Shown piece after piece: positions 1 through 9,591 of a DNA stretch of 64,000 bases. The position numbers and the translations under genes are program-made. The notes below the pieces were generated by a model, which ran no database searches, was not told the DNA's origin, and saw only the letters and a list, made by a program, of their open reading frames with translations. Source of the stretch: Acidobacteriota bacterium (GTDB lineage Bacteria > Acidobacteriota > UBA890 > WLXD01). The stretch covers positions 480,001-544,000 of the forward strand of contig CBDFKD010000002.1 of NCBI GenBank assembly GCA_965248695.1. The letters run 5' to 3'. The first letter of the stretch is position 1. The number at the start of each line of letters is the position of its first letter.

Positions 1-83
1 TGAGCAACGAGTTCGGCCTCGGCCGCAAGTAAGATCCGACGAACCGAAAACGCGAGTTCCGAAACCGCCTCGTCGGGACCACC

Positions 84-3000
84 ATGAACCCGGAGTCGAA
101 CATGCGTTCTCCCAGACTCTTCGCCGCGTTGGTGTCCGCAGCCCTGGCGCTGGTGTCTGTTTCCGCCGCGGGAGCCGCACCGCAGGCCGACGACACCAAC
201 ACAATCGTCGATCCGGCTCTCTACCAATCGCTGCGCTTCCGCTTTCTCGGCCCCTACCGCGGTGGGCGCTCCGGCGCCGTCATGGGCGTTACCGACGAGC
301 CGCACACCTTCTATCTCGGAGCCTCCGGCGGCCTGTACAAGACCACTAACGCCGGCGAGACCTGGAACAACATCTCCGACGACGACTTCGAGGTGAGCAC
401 CATCGGTGCGATCGCGGTGGCGCCGTCGGACTCCAACGTCGTCTACGTGGGCACCGGTCAGAAGACGATCCGCAGCAACGTCTCGATCGGCAAGGGGATG
501 TACCGCTCCACGGACGCCGGGCGCAACTGGACGCACATCGGTCTGCGCGACGCCGGGCAGATCGGACGCATCCGCGTACATCCGACCGATCCCGATCTGG
601 TCTACGTGGCCGTCATCGGCAACCCGTTCGGGCGCAGCGAGACGCGCGGCGTGTTCCGCTCGCGCGACGGCGGCGACAACTGGGACAAGATCCTCTACTT
701 CGACGACGACACCGGCTCCAGCGAGCTGGAGCTCGACCAGAACAACCCGCGCAACCTGTACGCCACGGCGTGGACGGTGGAGCGCAAGCCCTGGACGATC
801 ATCTCGGGCGGCGACGACGACGGCATCTACAAGAGCACCAACGGCGGCGACACGTGGAAACGACTCGAGGGCGGGCTACCCGAGACCACGATGGGCAAGA
901 TCGGGCTGACGCTGTCGCAGTCGAACCCGGACAAGCTGTACGCGCTGGTGGAGGCGGAGCCTGAGGTGGCCGGGTTGTACATCTCCGATGACGCCGGCGA
1001 GAGCTGGCGGCTTCAGGAGACCAACGTCGGCCGCAACCTCTACGAGCGCTCCTGGTACTACACCCACATCTTCGTCGATCCGCAGAACGAGAACCTCGTC
1101 TATGCGCTCGCCGTGGGCCTGTTCAAGTCCACCGACGGTGGGCGCACGTGGGAGCGCCGCAGTGCCCCGCACGGCGACTATCACGATCTCTGGATCAACC
1201 CGAGCGACTCCGACATTCTGGCCATCAGCGACGATGGGGGCGTGCAGGTAACCCTGGATCAGATGGAAACCTGGACCACCTATCTGAACCAGCCGACAGC
1301 GGAGATCTACAACATCTTCGTCGACAACCTGTTCCCGTATCACGTGTACGGCTCGCAGCAGGACAACAGCACGATCCGGCTGCCGAGCCGATTCCTGGGC
1401 GCGCTGACGCCCTACGGCTACTGGCGTAGCGTCGGCGGCTGCGAGTCGTCGCACATCGGCTTCGACCCCAACAACCCGGTGGAGATCTACGCCGGCTGCT
1501 ACTCGGGCGAGATCAGCCGGGTGAATCTGGAGACCGGCGATCGTCAGGCGATCATGGTCTACCCGCAGTGGGAGTTCGGGCTGCCGGCTTCGGATCTGAA
1601 GTTCCGTTTCAACTGGAACGCTCCCATCCGCATGTCGCCCTACGATCAGTCGATCGTCTACCACACCGCCCAGAGTGTGGTGCGAACGCGTGATGGTGGC
1701 CACAGCTGGGAGGTGATCAGCCCCGACCTGACGACCGACGATCCCGAGACGCAGCAGCATTCCGGTGCGCCGATCACGCATGAGAACACCGGCGGCGAGA
1801 TCTTCAACACGATCTTCGCGTTCGAGGAATCGTGGTACGAGGAGAACCTGCTGTGGGTCGGCACCGACGACGGCAAGGTCTGGGTGTCGCGCGATGCCGG
1901 CGGCGACTGGACCGACATCACTCCACCCGGCATGCCGCCGCGCGGCACGGTGAACAACATCGAGCTATCGGCCCACAATCCGGGACGGATCCTGGTGCCG
2001 GTGAAGCGTTACATGCTCGACGACTGGGAACCGTATGTCTTCGCCACCAGCGACTACGGCGCCAGCTGGATGCGGCTCACGACCGGTACCAATGGCATCC
2101 CGGCCGACACGCCCGTACGAATCGTCCGCGAGGACCCCGACGTGCCCGGGCTGCTGTACGCCGGCACCGAGTTCGGCCTCTACGTGTCGTTCGATGACGG
2201 CGCCCACTGGCAGAAGATGCAGCTCAACCTGCCGCCGATCCCGATCACAGACATGCGGGTGCACCAAGGCGATCTGGTCATCTCGACACAGGGTCGCGGC
2301 ATCTACATCCTCGACGACGTCACGCCGCTGCACCGGGCCCGCGAGGCCCACGCGGCGCTTGCCGAAAGTTCTTCGCCGGCCTACCTGTTCGCGCCGCGCG
2401 ACACGGTGACGGCGTTCGGCGGCGGCCGATCGGGGCCAGAGGGGCGCGGCGGCGAGGGCCCGCCGGCCGGAGTGCAGATCTTCTACGCGCTACCGGGCGC
2501 TAGGGGCGACGACACCGAAACGGACGGCGACCCGCTAACGCTAGAGATCTTCGGCTCAAACGGCGATCTCGTACGCACTTTCTACAGCGACCGTGATCCG
2601 GATCCGAATCCCCGCGACATCGGCTTCGCCGGGCGCGGCGAGATTCGGCTCGCCGCCACGGCCGGGATGAACCGCTTCGTGTGGAACACCCGCTACGCGC
2701 CGACCGACCGACCCGACGGCATGGTGCTCTACGGGCTCACGCATGGTCCGCGCACCGTCCCCGGTGAACACCGCGTACGGCTGTCGGTGGGTGACTGGAG
2801 TCAGGAGGCGACCTTCCGGATCGTCGCCGACCCGCGCATGGACACTCCGCAGGCGCATCACGACGAGCGCCTGGAAATGGAGCTCCGCCTGCGTGACGAC
2901 CTGCAAAGCGTCTTCGACGCTCTCCGCACCCTCTGGTCGGTGCGCGAGCAGATTGCCGATCGACTCGACGTCATGCGCGCCGCCGACATCGACGTGACCG

Positions 3001-3320
3001 ACATCGAGGCCGCCGCAGAACCGATCCGGGCCCGGCTCGAGGAGGTCGAGTTACTGCTGTGGAACCCGCAGATCGAGGGCTTCAACGATACCCAGAGCTT
3101 CCTTCCCGGCTATGACAACAAGCTCGCCTACCTCTACTCGAAGATCGACCGCTCCGACCATCGTCCGACCACCGGTCAGCGCCAGCGGTATGAGGAGTTA
3201 CACGCCGAGATCGAGGAGGTGCTCGCAGGTCTGGACGCGCTGTACCGCTCCGATGTCGCCGACCTGGACCGCATGATGCGCGACGCCGGGGCGATGCCGG
3301 TCCAGGTATCCGTGCAGTAG
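84..3320 (+). CDS. Secreted VPS10/sortilin-like BNR (Asp-box) repeat glycosyl hydrolase-like protein
   Basis: N-terminal signal peptide (ALVSAALALVSVSAAGA); many Asp-box S/T-x-D/N-G-G-x-T/N-W repeats (STDAGRNW, SRDGGDNW, STNGGDTW, STDGGRTW, SFDDGAHW); C-terminal helical region. Start may be the ATG at 102. Confidence 0.85.
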   Translation: MNPESNMRSPRLFAALVSAALALVSVSAAGAAPQADDTNTIVDPALYQSLRFRFLGPYRGGRSGAVMGVTDEPHTFYLGASGGLYKTTNAGETWNNISDDDFEVSTIGAIAVAPSDSNVVYVGTGQKTIRSNVSIGKGMYRSTDAGRNWTHIGLRDAGQIGRIRVHPTDPDLVYVAVIGNPFGRSETRGVFRSRDGGDNWDKILYFDDDTGSSELELDQNNPRNLYATAWTVERKPWTIISGGDDDGIYKSTNGGDTWKRLEGGLPETTMGKIGLTLSQSNPDKLYALVEAEPEVAGLYISDDAGESWRLQETNVGRNLYERSWYYTHIFVDPQNENLVYALAVGLFKSTDGGRTWERRSAPHGDYHDLWINPSDSDILAISDDGGVQVTLDQMETWTTYLNQPTAEIYNIFVDNLFPYHVYGSQQDNSTIRLPSRFLGALTPYGYWRSVGGCESSHIGFDPNNPVEIYAGCYSGEISRVNLETGDRQAIMVYPQWEFGLPASDLKFRFNWNAPIRMSPYDQSIVYHTAQSVVRTRDGGHSWEVISPDLTTDDPETQQHSGAPITHENTGGEIFNTIFAFEESWYEENLLWVGTDDGKVWVSRDAGGDWTDITPPGMPPRGTVNNIELSAHNPGRILVPVKRYMLDDWEPYVFATSDYGASWMRLTTGTNGIPADTPVRIVREDPDVPGLLYAGTEFGLYVSFDDGAHWQKMQLNLPPIPITDMRVHQGDLVISTQGRGIYILDDVTPLHRAREAHAALAESSSPAYLFAPRDTVTAFGGGRSGPEGRGGEGPPAGVQIFYALPGARGDDTETDGDPLTLEIFGSNGDLVRTFYSDRDPDPNPRDIGFAGRGEIRLAATAGMNRFVWNTRYAPTDRPDGMVLYGLTHGPRTVPGEHRVRLSVGDWSQEATFRIVADPRMDTPQAHHDERLEMELRLRDDLQSVFDALRTLWSVREQIADRLDVMRAADIDVTDIEAAAEPIRARLEEVELLLWNPQIEGFNDTQSFLPGYDNKLAYLYSKIDRSDHRPTTGQRQRYEELHAEIEEVLAGLDALYRSDVADLDRMMRDAGAMPVQVSVQ

Positions 3321-3414
3321 CGTTGTCGTCACGCGGGGGCTCGTCGCATCCCGGCAGAACTTCGCGCCGACCGTGCTACTTTAGACGGTGCAAGACCTCG
3401 CTGAACCATGAGGG

Positions 3415-5871
3415 ATGGTGCGCCCAACCATGAAGACAGGTGCCGCACGTGCTGCGGTCGTCACGATCTGGCTTGCGGCTGGATGTCAGCCTGCCTGGAT
3501 TGGTGCGGGCAGCTTGCCAGCGACAAACGTGCTCTCGGCCGCGAACACGCTAGCGGTCACGCGCTGGGCCGCCGGGACGCCCCCTACTGGCCCGTCGGAG
3601 CTGAACCCGGTCATCGTGCAGTACTGCGTCCGGTGTCACAACGACCAGATGCTGCGGGGCAATCTGTCGCTCGAGACGTTCGACGCCGCCACGGCCCACG
3701 AGCGCGCGGCAACGGCCGAGAAGATGATCGTCAAACTGCGCGCCGGGATGATGCCGCCACCGGGCGCGCGACGGCCTGCGGCGGATACGCTCCTGACCTT
3801 GGTGGAGACGCTCGAGACCGTGGTCGACACGGCCGCCGCGGTCGACCCGAATCCCGGCGCGCGTAGATTCCAGCGGCTCAATCGCGCCGAGTACGAACGC
3901 GTGATTTACGATCTGCTGGCGCTGGAGGTCGACGCCAGCCGGTGGCTTCCAGCCGATACCTACCTTGGCAACTTCGACAACATGGCGGACGCGCAAGGGT
4001 TGTCGGCGACGCTGTGGGAGGGGTTCCTGCGGGCCGCAACGGATATCAGCCGCCTGGCCGTCGGTAACCCCGCAGCGCTCTCCGCCAGCACGAAATACAC
4101 CAACCCGATCGAGGTGTCGCAACACGCCTGGGACCACCTCGAAGGCGCGCCCTACGGGACGCGCGGCGGGATGGTGGTCACCCACGACTTCCCCGCCGAT
4201 GGGGAGTACGTCATCTCCCTCGACACCCTGTTCGGCAACGGCACCGGATTCGAGGACATCGACATCTCGATCGATGGCGGGGGCGTGGCGCTTCTCGCGC
4301 TGCCGCACGGCGGGCCTTCAAGGATTCCTTTGCGTACGGAGCCCGTCTTCGTTCGCGCCGGCCAGCGCCGCATCTCGGCCGCGTTCGTTCGCAAGATCGA
4401 AGGCCCGTACGAGGATCGCCTGAGCCCGCATGCGTGGTCGTTCGTCGGTGGCGAAGACTCGGTGGCCTGGGCGAACTACGGGATCACGGCGCTACCGCAC
4501 CTCAGCAACCTCATGCTCACCGGGCCTGAACGCCCCAGCGGGCTCTCGGAAACGGCCAGCCGCGAGAAGATCTTCAGCTGCCGTCCGGCGGCCGCACACG
4601 AAGAGCGCCCGTGTGCGGCAGCAATCGTCTCGCGTCTCGTCCTGGAGGCATACCGCCGGCCGGTCACGGCAGACGACCTCGCCGGGCCAATGTCGTTCTA
4701 CGACCGCGCCGCGGCGGAGGACGGGTTCGAGGTCGGTGTCCGAACCGCGCTACAGGCGATCCTCGCGAGCCCGCTGTTCATTTTCCGTCTCGAGCGACCG
4801 CCCGCCGGCGTGGCGGCGGGCGAGAGCTATCGTTTGAGCGACCTCGATCTAGCCTCGCGTCTGTCGTTCTTCCTCTGGGCAAGCAGCCCGGACCACGAGC
4901 TGCTCGAGCTGGCGGCAGACGGAAGGCTGTCGGACGCGGGCGTGCTGGAGCAGCAGGTCGAGCGCATGCTGAAGGATCCGCGGTCGAATGCGCTCGCCAC
5001 GCGGTTCGCGTCGCAGTGGCTGCGTCTACAGGACACCGAGGACAACCAGCCGGAGCCCTACCTGTATCCCGATTTCACCGGCCAGTTGCGTCATGACCTG
5101 GTACGGGAGACGCAGCTCCTCTTCGATCACCTCGTGCGCGAGGATCGCAGCCTTCTGGAGCTGCTCACGGCGGACTACACCTTCCTCAACGCTCGACTGG
5201 CGCGTCACTACCGGATTCCCGGGGTAACGGGCGACGAGTTCCGTCGGGTGAGCTATCGCGACGACAGCCGACGCGGCGTTCTGGGTCACGGCAGCATCCT
5301 CCTGCTAACTTCGATGTCGGCGCGCACGTCTCCGGTATTGCGCGGCAAGTGGGTGATGGAAGTTCTGATGGGTACGCCTCCTCCTCCCCCGCCGCCCGAC
5401 ATCCCGGCCTTCGAGGAAACCAAGAGCGCCGTCCAGGGCCGGCGGCTGACGACCCGCGAGCGGCTGGAGATCCACCGCGCCAACCCCACCTGCAACTCCT
5501 GCCACCGGTTCATGGACCCGATCGGTCTGGCGCTCGACAACTATGACGTGACGGGCCGCCTGCGAACGCGTGAGAACGGCGTGCCGCTGGACACTCAGGG
5601 CACGTACTACGACGGCACCGACGTGAGCACCCCGAGCGAGCTGCTGGACGTGCTCATGAAGCGTCCGATCCCGCTGGTGCGGAACTTCGCGGCGAACATG
5701 CTCGCCTATGCCATGGGTCGACGCGCGGAGTACTACGATCAACCGGCGATCCGGGCCCTCGTCCGTGACGCGGAAGCGAACGACTACAGGATGTCGTCGT
5801 TCATTGTCGGAATCGTGAAGAGCGTTCCGTTCCGCATGATGCGATCTGAAGCCGTAGTCGACCAACACTAG
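3415..5871 (+). CDS. DUF1592/DUF1588/DUF1587/DUF1595/DUF1585 protein with planctomycete-type cytochrome c domains
   Basis: Heme motifs YCVRCH and TCNSCH; family signatures RLNRAEY, LASRLSFFLW, TSPVLRGKWVMEVLMG-PPPPPP, DPIGLALDNYD. Confidence 0.88.
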   Translation: MVRPTMKTGAARAAVVTIWLAAGCQPAWIGAGSLPATNVLSAANTLAVTRWAAGTPPTGPSELNPVIVQYCVRCHNDQMLRGNLSLETFDAATAHERAATAEKMIVKLRAGMMPPPGARRPAADTLLTLVETLETVVDTAAAVDPNPGARRFQRLNRAEYERVIYDLLALEVDASRWLPADTYLGNFDNMADAQGLSATLWEGFLRAATDISRLAVGNPAALSASTKYTNPIEVSQHAWDHLEGAPYGTRGGMVVTHDFPADGEYVISLDTLFGNGTGFEDIDISIDGGGVALLALPHGGPSRIPLRTEPVFVRAGQRRISAAFVRKIEGPYEDRLSPHAWSFVGGEDSVAWANYGITALPHLSNLMLTGPERPSGLSETASREKIFSCRPAAAHEERPCAAAIVSRLVLEAYRRPVTADDLAGPMSFYDRAAAEDGFEVGVRTALQAILASPLFIFRLERPPAGVAAGESYRLSDLDLASRLSFFLWASSPDHELLELAADGRLSDAGVLEQQVERMLKDPRSNALATRFASQWLRLQDTEDNQPEPYLYPDFTGQLRHDLVRETQLLFDHLVREDRSLLELLTADYTFLNARLARHYRIPGVTGDEFRRVSYRDDSRRGVLGHGSILLLTSMSARTSPVLRGKWVMEVLMGTPPPPPPPDIPAFEETKSAVQGRRLTTRERLEIHRANPTCNSCHRFMDPIGLALDNYDVTGRLRTRENGVPLDTQGTYYDGTDVSTPSELLDVLMKRPIPLVRNFAANMLAYAMGRRAEYYDQPAIRALVRDAEANDYRMSSFIVGIVKSVPFRMMRSEAVVDQH

Positions 5872-5893
5872 AGCCAGCCAGGACAAGAAAGCC

Positions 5894-7324
5894 ATGGAGT
5901 TCATCACCGGGAAGCACCTCTCGCGTCGCTCGTTCATCCGTGGCACGGGTGTGAGCGTGGCGCTGCCGTTCCTCGACGCGATGGTGCCGGCCGGGCGGGT
6001 CTGGCGGGGCGGCGCCCGCGCGCCGGGCTTCACGCGTCTGGTGTGCATCGAGGAGTCGATGGGCGCGGCCGGCTGTAGTGACTGGGGCGCTGCCCGGCAC
6101 CTGTTCGCGCCGGCCCAGGTCGGGCGTGACTTCGAGTTCGTGACGGAAAGCCAGCTGCTACCGCTGGCGGACTTCCGTGACTACATGACGATCATCAGCA
6201 ACACCGACTGCCGGCCGGCCGAGGCGTTCCGGGCGGAGGAGATCGGCGGCGATCACGAGCGCTCCACGTCGGTCTTCCTGACCCAGGCCCACCCCAGGCA
6301 AACGCAGAGCTCGGACATTTTTCTCGGCACCTCGCTCGACCAGCTGCACGCGCAGCGGTTTGGGCGTGATACGGCGCTCGCGTCGCTCGAGCTCTGCATC
6401 GAGGGCATCGACCGTGGCGGCGGCTGCGCCTACAACTACCACTGCGCCTACACCGACTCGGTGTCGTGGGCTTCGCCCACCCAGCCGCTGCCGGCCATTC
6501 GAGAGCCTCGTGTGGTGTTCGAGCGGCTGTTCGGCACCGGCGACACCCCGGAGGACCGCGCCGCTCGCCGCCGCACCGACCGTAGCGTGATCGACTGGAT
6601 CGTCACCGAGGTGGCGCGATTCAAGCGCGACCTCGGAGCGGTGGATCGCGCCGCGCTGGAGCAGTACGTGGATCAAATCCGCGAGATCGAGCGTCGCATC
6701 CAGCTCGTCGAGGGACGCAACACGAGTGGCGAGGTGCGCGAGATGCCCGAGGCGCCTTCGGGTGTCCCCGACTCGTTCGAGGAGCACATGCAGCTGATGT
6801 TCGACCTGCAGGTGCTCGCGTTGCGCACCGACCTCACCCGCGTGATCAGCTTCAAGACCGGCTTCGATCAGTCCAATCGCACCTTTCCGGAGAGCGGCAC
6901 CACGAAGTCGATCCACGGGGTCTCGCATCACGGCAGTGTTGCCGCGGAGGTCATGGACTTCCACCGGATCAACAGGTACCGACTCAGCCAGCTGCGCTAC
7001 TTCCTCGAGAAGATGCGCGACACCGTCGACGGCGAGGCATCGCTGCTCGACAAGACCGCGATCGTCTGGGGGTCGGCGATGGCCGACGCCAACCTCCACA
7101 ACCATCGTCGGGCTCCTCTTCTGATCCTCGGGCGCGCCAATGGGGCTCTCGAAGGAGGCCTGCACGTGCGCGCACCGGAAGGCACGCCGATGGCGAACGC
7201 GTTGCTCGGCCTGATGCACAAGATCGGGCACGACGAGATGCAGACGTTCGGCGACAGCAACGGGGCGCTCTCGCTGGACTTCCCGCGCGGACCCACGGCT
7301 ACGAACAGGAGCGAGGCGGGATGA
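5894..7324 (+). CDS. DUF1552 (HXXSHH) family protein with Tat-like signal
   Basis: SRRSFIRG twin-arginine motif, ALPFLDAM, HGVSHH motif; canonical position after the DUF1592 gene. Confidence 0.88.
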   Translation: MEFITGKHLSRRSFIRGTGVSVALPFLDAMVPAGRVWRGGARAPGFTRLVCIEESMGAAGCSDWGAARHLFAPAQVGRDFEFVTESQLLPLADFRDYMTIISNTDCRPAEAFRAEEIGGDHERSTSVFLTQAHPRQTQSSDIFLGTSLDQLHAQRFGRDTALASLELCIEGIDRGGGCAYNYHCAYTDSVSWASPTQPLPAIREPRVVFERLFGTGDTPEDRAARRRTDRSVIDWIVTEVARFKRDLGAVDRAALEQYVDQIREIERRIQLVEGRNTSGEVREMPEAPSGVPDSFEEHMQLMFDLQVLALRTDLTRVISFKTGFDQSNRTFPESGTTKSIHGVSHHGSVAAEVMDFHRINRYRLSQLRYFLEKMRDTVDGEASLLDKTAIVWGSAMADANLHNHRRAPLLILGRANGALEGGLHVRAPEGTPMANALLGLMHKIGHDEMQTFGDSNGALSLDFPRGPTATNRSEAG

Positions 7325-9285
7325 GAGTGCACCCGGTCGCCCCACACAGGCTGCTGGCAATGGTCAGCCTGATAGCCCTTCTCTGCGGCGCAGCCTTCTC
7401 GCCCGACGCCCAACTCATCGATGCCGCGCGCCGCGGCGACGCCGAGGCCGTTCGTACGCTCCTCGATGCGGGCGCCGACGTGAACGCGGCGCAGGGCGAC
7501 GGCATGACCGCGCTCCACTGGGCCGCCGAGCGCGGCCACGCCGCGGTGGCCGAGCACCTGATCGCGGCATCTGCCGATGTCGGAGCGAAGACGCGCCTCG
7601 GCGGCCAAACGCCGCTGCACATGGCCAGCCGTGGCGGGCGCGGTGCGATCGTCCGCATGCTGCTGGAGGCCGGCAGCGACCCCGCCGCCGTCGCGACCAG
7701 TAGCGGCGCGACGCCGCTGCACCTGGCCGCCGCGGCGATCGACGGCACCGACGCGGTCGCCACGCTGCTGGCTCACGGTGCGAACCCCGACGTTCTGGAA
7801 TGGTCGGCGGGGCAGACCCCGCTGATGTTCGCCGCCGGAGCCGGTCGCGCCGGAGCCGTGCGCGAGCTCCTTGCGGCCGGCGCCGACCCCGGGCTCAGCA
7901 CTCGGGTCGTGGACGTTCTGCCGCAACTGGCGCTGGATCGCGAGGCCACACGCCGCCTCGACGAGATGGTCGGCGTATCACGGGCCGCCGAGGACGGCTA
8001 CGGCGAGGGAACGGCGAACGCCATGCCCGCGGCCGAGGAGCCGAGCGCCGCGCAGGTGCAGGCAGCCATTCTCGCGCAGCGCGAGTTTCTACGCTCCGAC
8101 TACGATGTCGGCGAAGTCGACCCCTACTCGCTGGCACGTATCCGCCCCGACTATCCGGACGGGCCCGACCTCGCGCGGCCTCCGTACCGGGAGACCCTGG
8201 TAGGGATGACCGGCGGCATGACGGCGCTCCTGCACGCCGCCCGAGAGGGACACATCGAAGCCGCCGTGGCGCTGCTCGATGGCGGCGCCGACGTCGACCA
8301 GGTGAGCGGCGGAGATCACACCAGCGCGCTGCTGATGGCGGCGCTCAACGGCCAGTTCGATCTCGCCCTGATTCTGCTGGAGGCGGGTGCGGATCCCGAC
8401 CTGGCGGCGTCTACCGATGGGGCCACACCGCTGTTCGCGGTGCTGCAGACACAGTGGGCTCCGAAGTCGAACTACCCCCAGCCGCGAGCTCAGGACGATC
8501 AGCGGTCGCAGCACATGGAAGTTCTGGAAGCACTGCTCGCAGCAGGCGCTAATCCCGACGTCCGGCTGAACACGCATCTGTGGTACTGGGAGTTCGGGCT
8601 CACCAAGATGGGGCTCGACCTGACCGGCGCGACGCCGTTCTGGCGGGCCGCCTTCGCCCAGGATCTCGACGCCATGAAGTTGCTCGCGGCGCACGGCGCA
8701 GATCCGAACATCCCGACTAGGTGGCCGGCGGTGGGAATGCGCGAGCGGCGACAGCAGGACGGGCGCCAGCAGGAGGACTCGCGCCTTCCCTACATCCCCG
8801 AGGGGGCGCCCAGCGCCTATCCGATCCACGCCGCAGCGGGGGGCGCGTATATCGGGCTCGGTGCCTTCAGCTTGCGCAGCGCACCCGACCAGTTCCTCCC
8901 TGCGGTCCAGTACCTGGTCGAAGAGCTCGGAGCCGACGTGAACCTCGCTGATTCATGGCTATACACGCCACTGCACTACGCGGCATCTCGCGGCGACAAC
9001 GAGCTCATCGAATACCTCGTGACGAAGGACGCCGACGTCACGGCGATCACGCGACTGGGCCAGTCAACGGCCGACATGGCGCGCGGCGGGCAAGGCGGGT
9101 TCTTCGTGCGCGTGGCATACCCGGAAACAGTGGAGCTGCTAACGAGCCTGGGCGCGACGCTCGAGTGCCTGAACACGCACTTCCTCGGCACGGGAGACGT
9201 CTGCGAAGGCGCCGGCGTCAACGATCCCTGGGCGCAGCCGGCGAACAGTCGTACGGCGACGTCGGGCACTCAGGAGAGACCATGA
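7321..9285 (+). CDS. Secreted ankyrin-repeat protein
   Basis: Repeated GxTALH/GxTPLH...GADVN motifs, signal peptide; ATGA overlap with the DUF1552 gene. Confidence 0.88.
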   Translation: MRVHPVAPHRLLAMVSLIALLCGAAFSPDAQLIDAARRGDAEAVRTLLDAGADVNAAQGDGMTALHWAAERGHAAVAEHLIAASADVGAKTRLGGQTPLHMASRGGRGAIVRMLLEAGSDPAAVATSSGATPLHLAAAAIDGTDAVATLLAHGANPDVLEWSAGQTPLMFAAGAGRAGAVRELLAAGADPGLSTRVVDVLPQLALDREATRRLDEMVGVSRAAEDGYGEGTANAMPAAEEPSAAQVQAAILAQREFLRSDYDVGEVDPYSLARIRPDYPDGPDLARPPYRETLVGMTGGMTALLHAAREGHIEAAVALLDGGADVDQVSGGDHTSALLMAALNGQFDLALILLEAGADPDLAASTDGATPLFAVLQTQWAPKSNYPQPRAQDDQRSQHMEVLEALLAAGANPDVRLNTHLWYWEFGLTKMGLDLTGATPFWRAAFAQDLDAMKLLAAHGADPNIPTRWPAVGMRERRQQDGRQQEDSRLPYIPEGAPSAYPIHAAAGGAYIGLGAFSLRSAPDQFLPAVQYLVEELGADVNLADSWLYTPLHYAASRGDNELIEYLVTKDADVTAITRLGQSTADMARGGQGGFFVRVAYPETVELLTSLGATLECLNTHFLGTGDVCEGAGVNDPWAQPANSRTATSGTQERP

Positions 9286-9353
9286 GGGTGCCTGCCGTGG
9301 ACGGGGAGCTCCTGATGCAGTGGGGGGCGCTCGGAGACGGCCCTCCGGGGTAA
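9282..9353 (+). pseudogene. Truncated remnant resembling the start of an NHL-repeat protein
   Basis: ATG overlaps the ankyrin stop, with RBS CAGGAG upstream; peptide MRVPAVDGELLMQWGALGDGPPG* resembles the NHL segment G.LL..WG..G.GPG; only 23 codons. Confidence 0.3.
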
Positions 9354-9549
9354 GCGACGCGTCGCTCAGGGTGATGTGATCCGTTAGCTGGGCGATATCG
9401 AACCGGCGTCGCCCCTCGGGCGTGAGGTAGCCGCTGGGAATGTTGTCGCGCAGCCAGATCGACGGGAAGCGACTCTGCTTCGCTCCCCGGTCGATGACGC
9501 CTGGAAGCCGTCCTCGAGCCGGAAGAATGTATGCGGCGCGCTTGTTCAT
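9333..9549 (-). pseudogene. Fragment of gamma-butyrobetaine hydroxylase-like N-terminal (GBBH_N/DUF971) domain
   Basis: SRFPSIWLRDNIPSG...GRRRFDIAQLTDHITLSDASLT..GRL resembles the SRFxxIWLRDN motif of GBBH/TMLD N-domains; no dioxygenase domain follows. Confidence 0.45.
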
Positions 9550-9591
9550 ATCCTAGTATCGCGCACCAGGCCACTCGCTACGGGGCAGGGG

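Noticed and set aside
1-32. Possible 3' end of an upstream gene (…SNEFGLGRK*)
   Set aside because: Too short to support a call.
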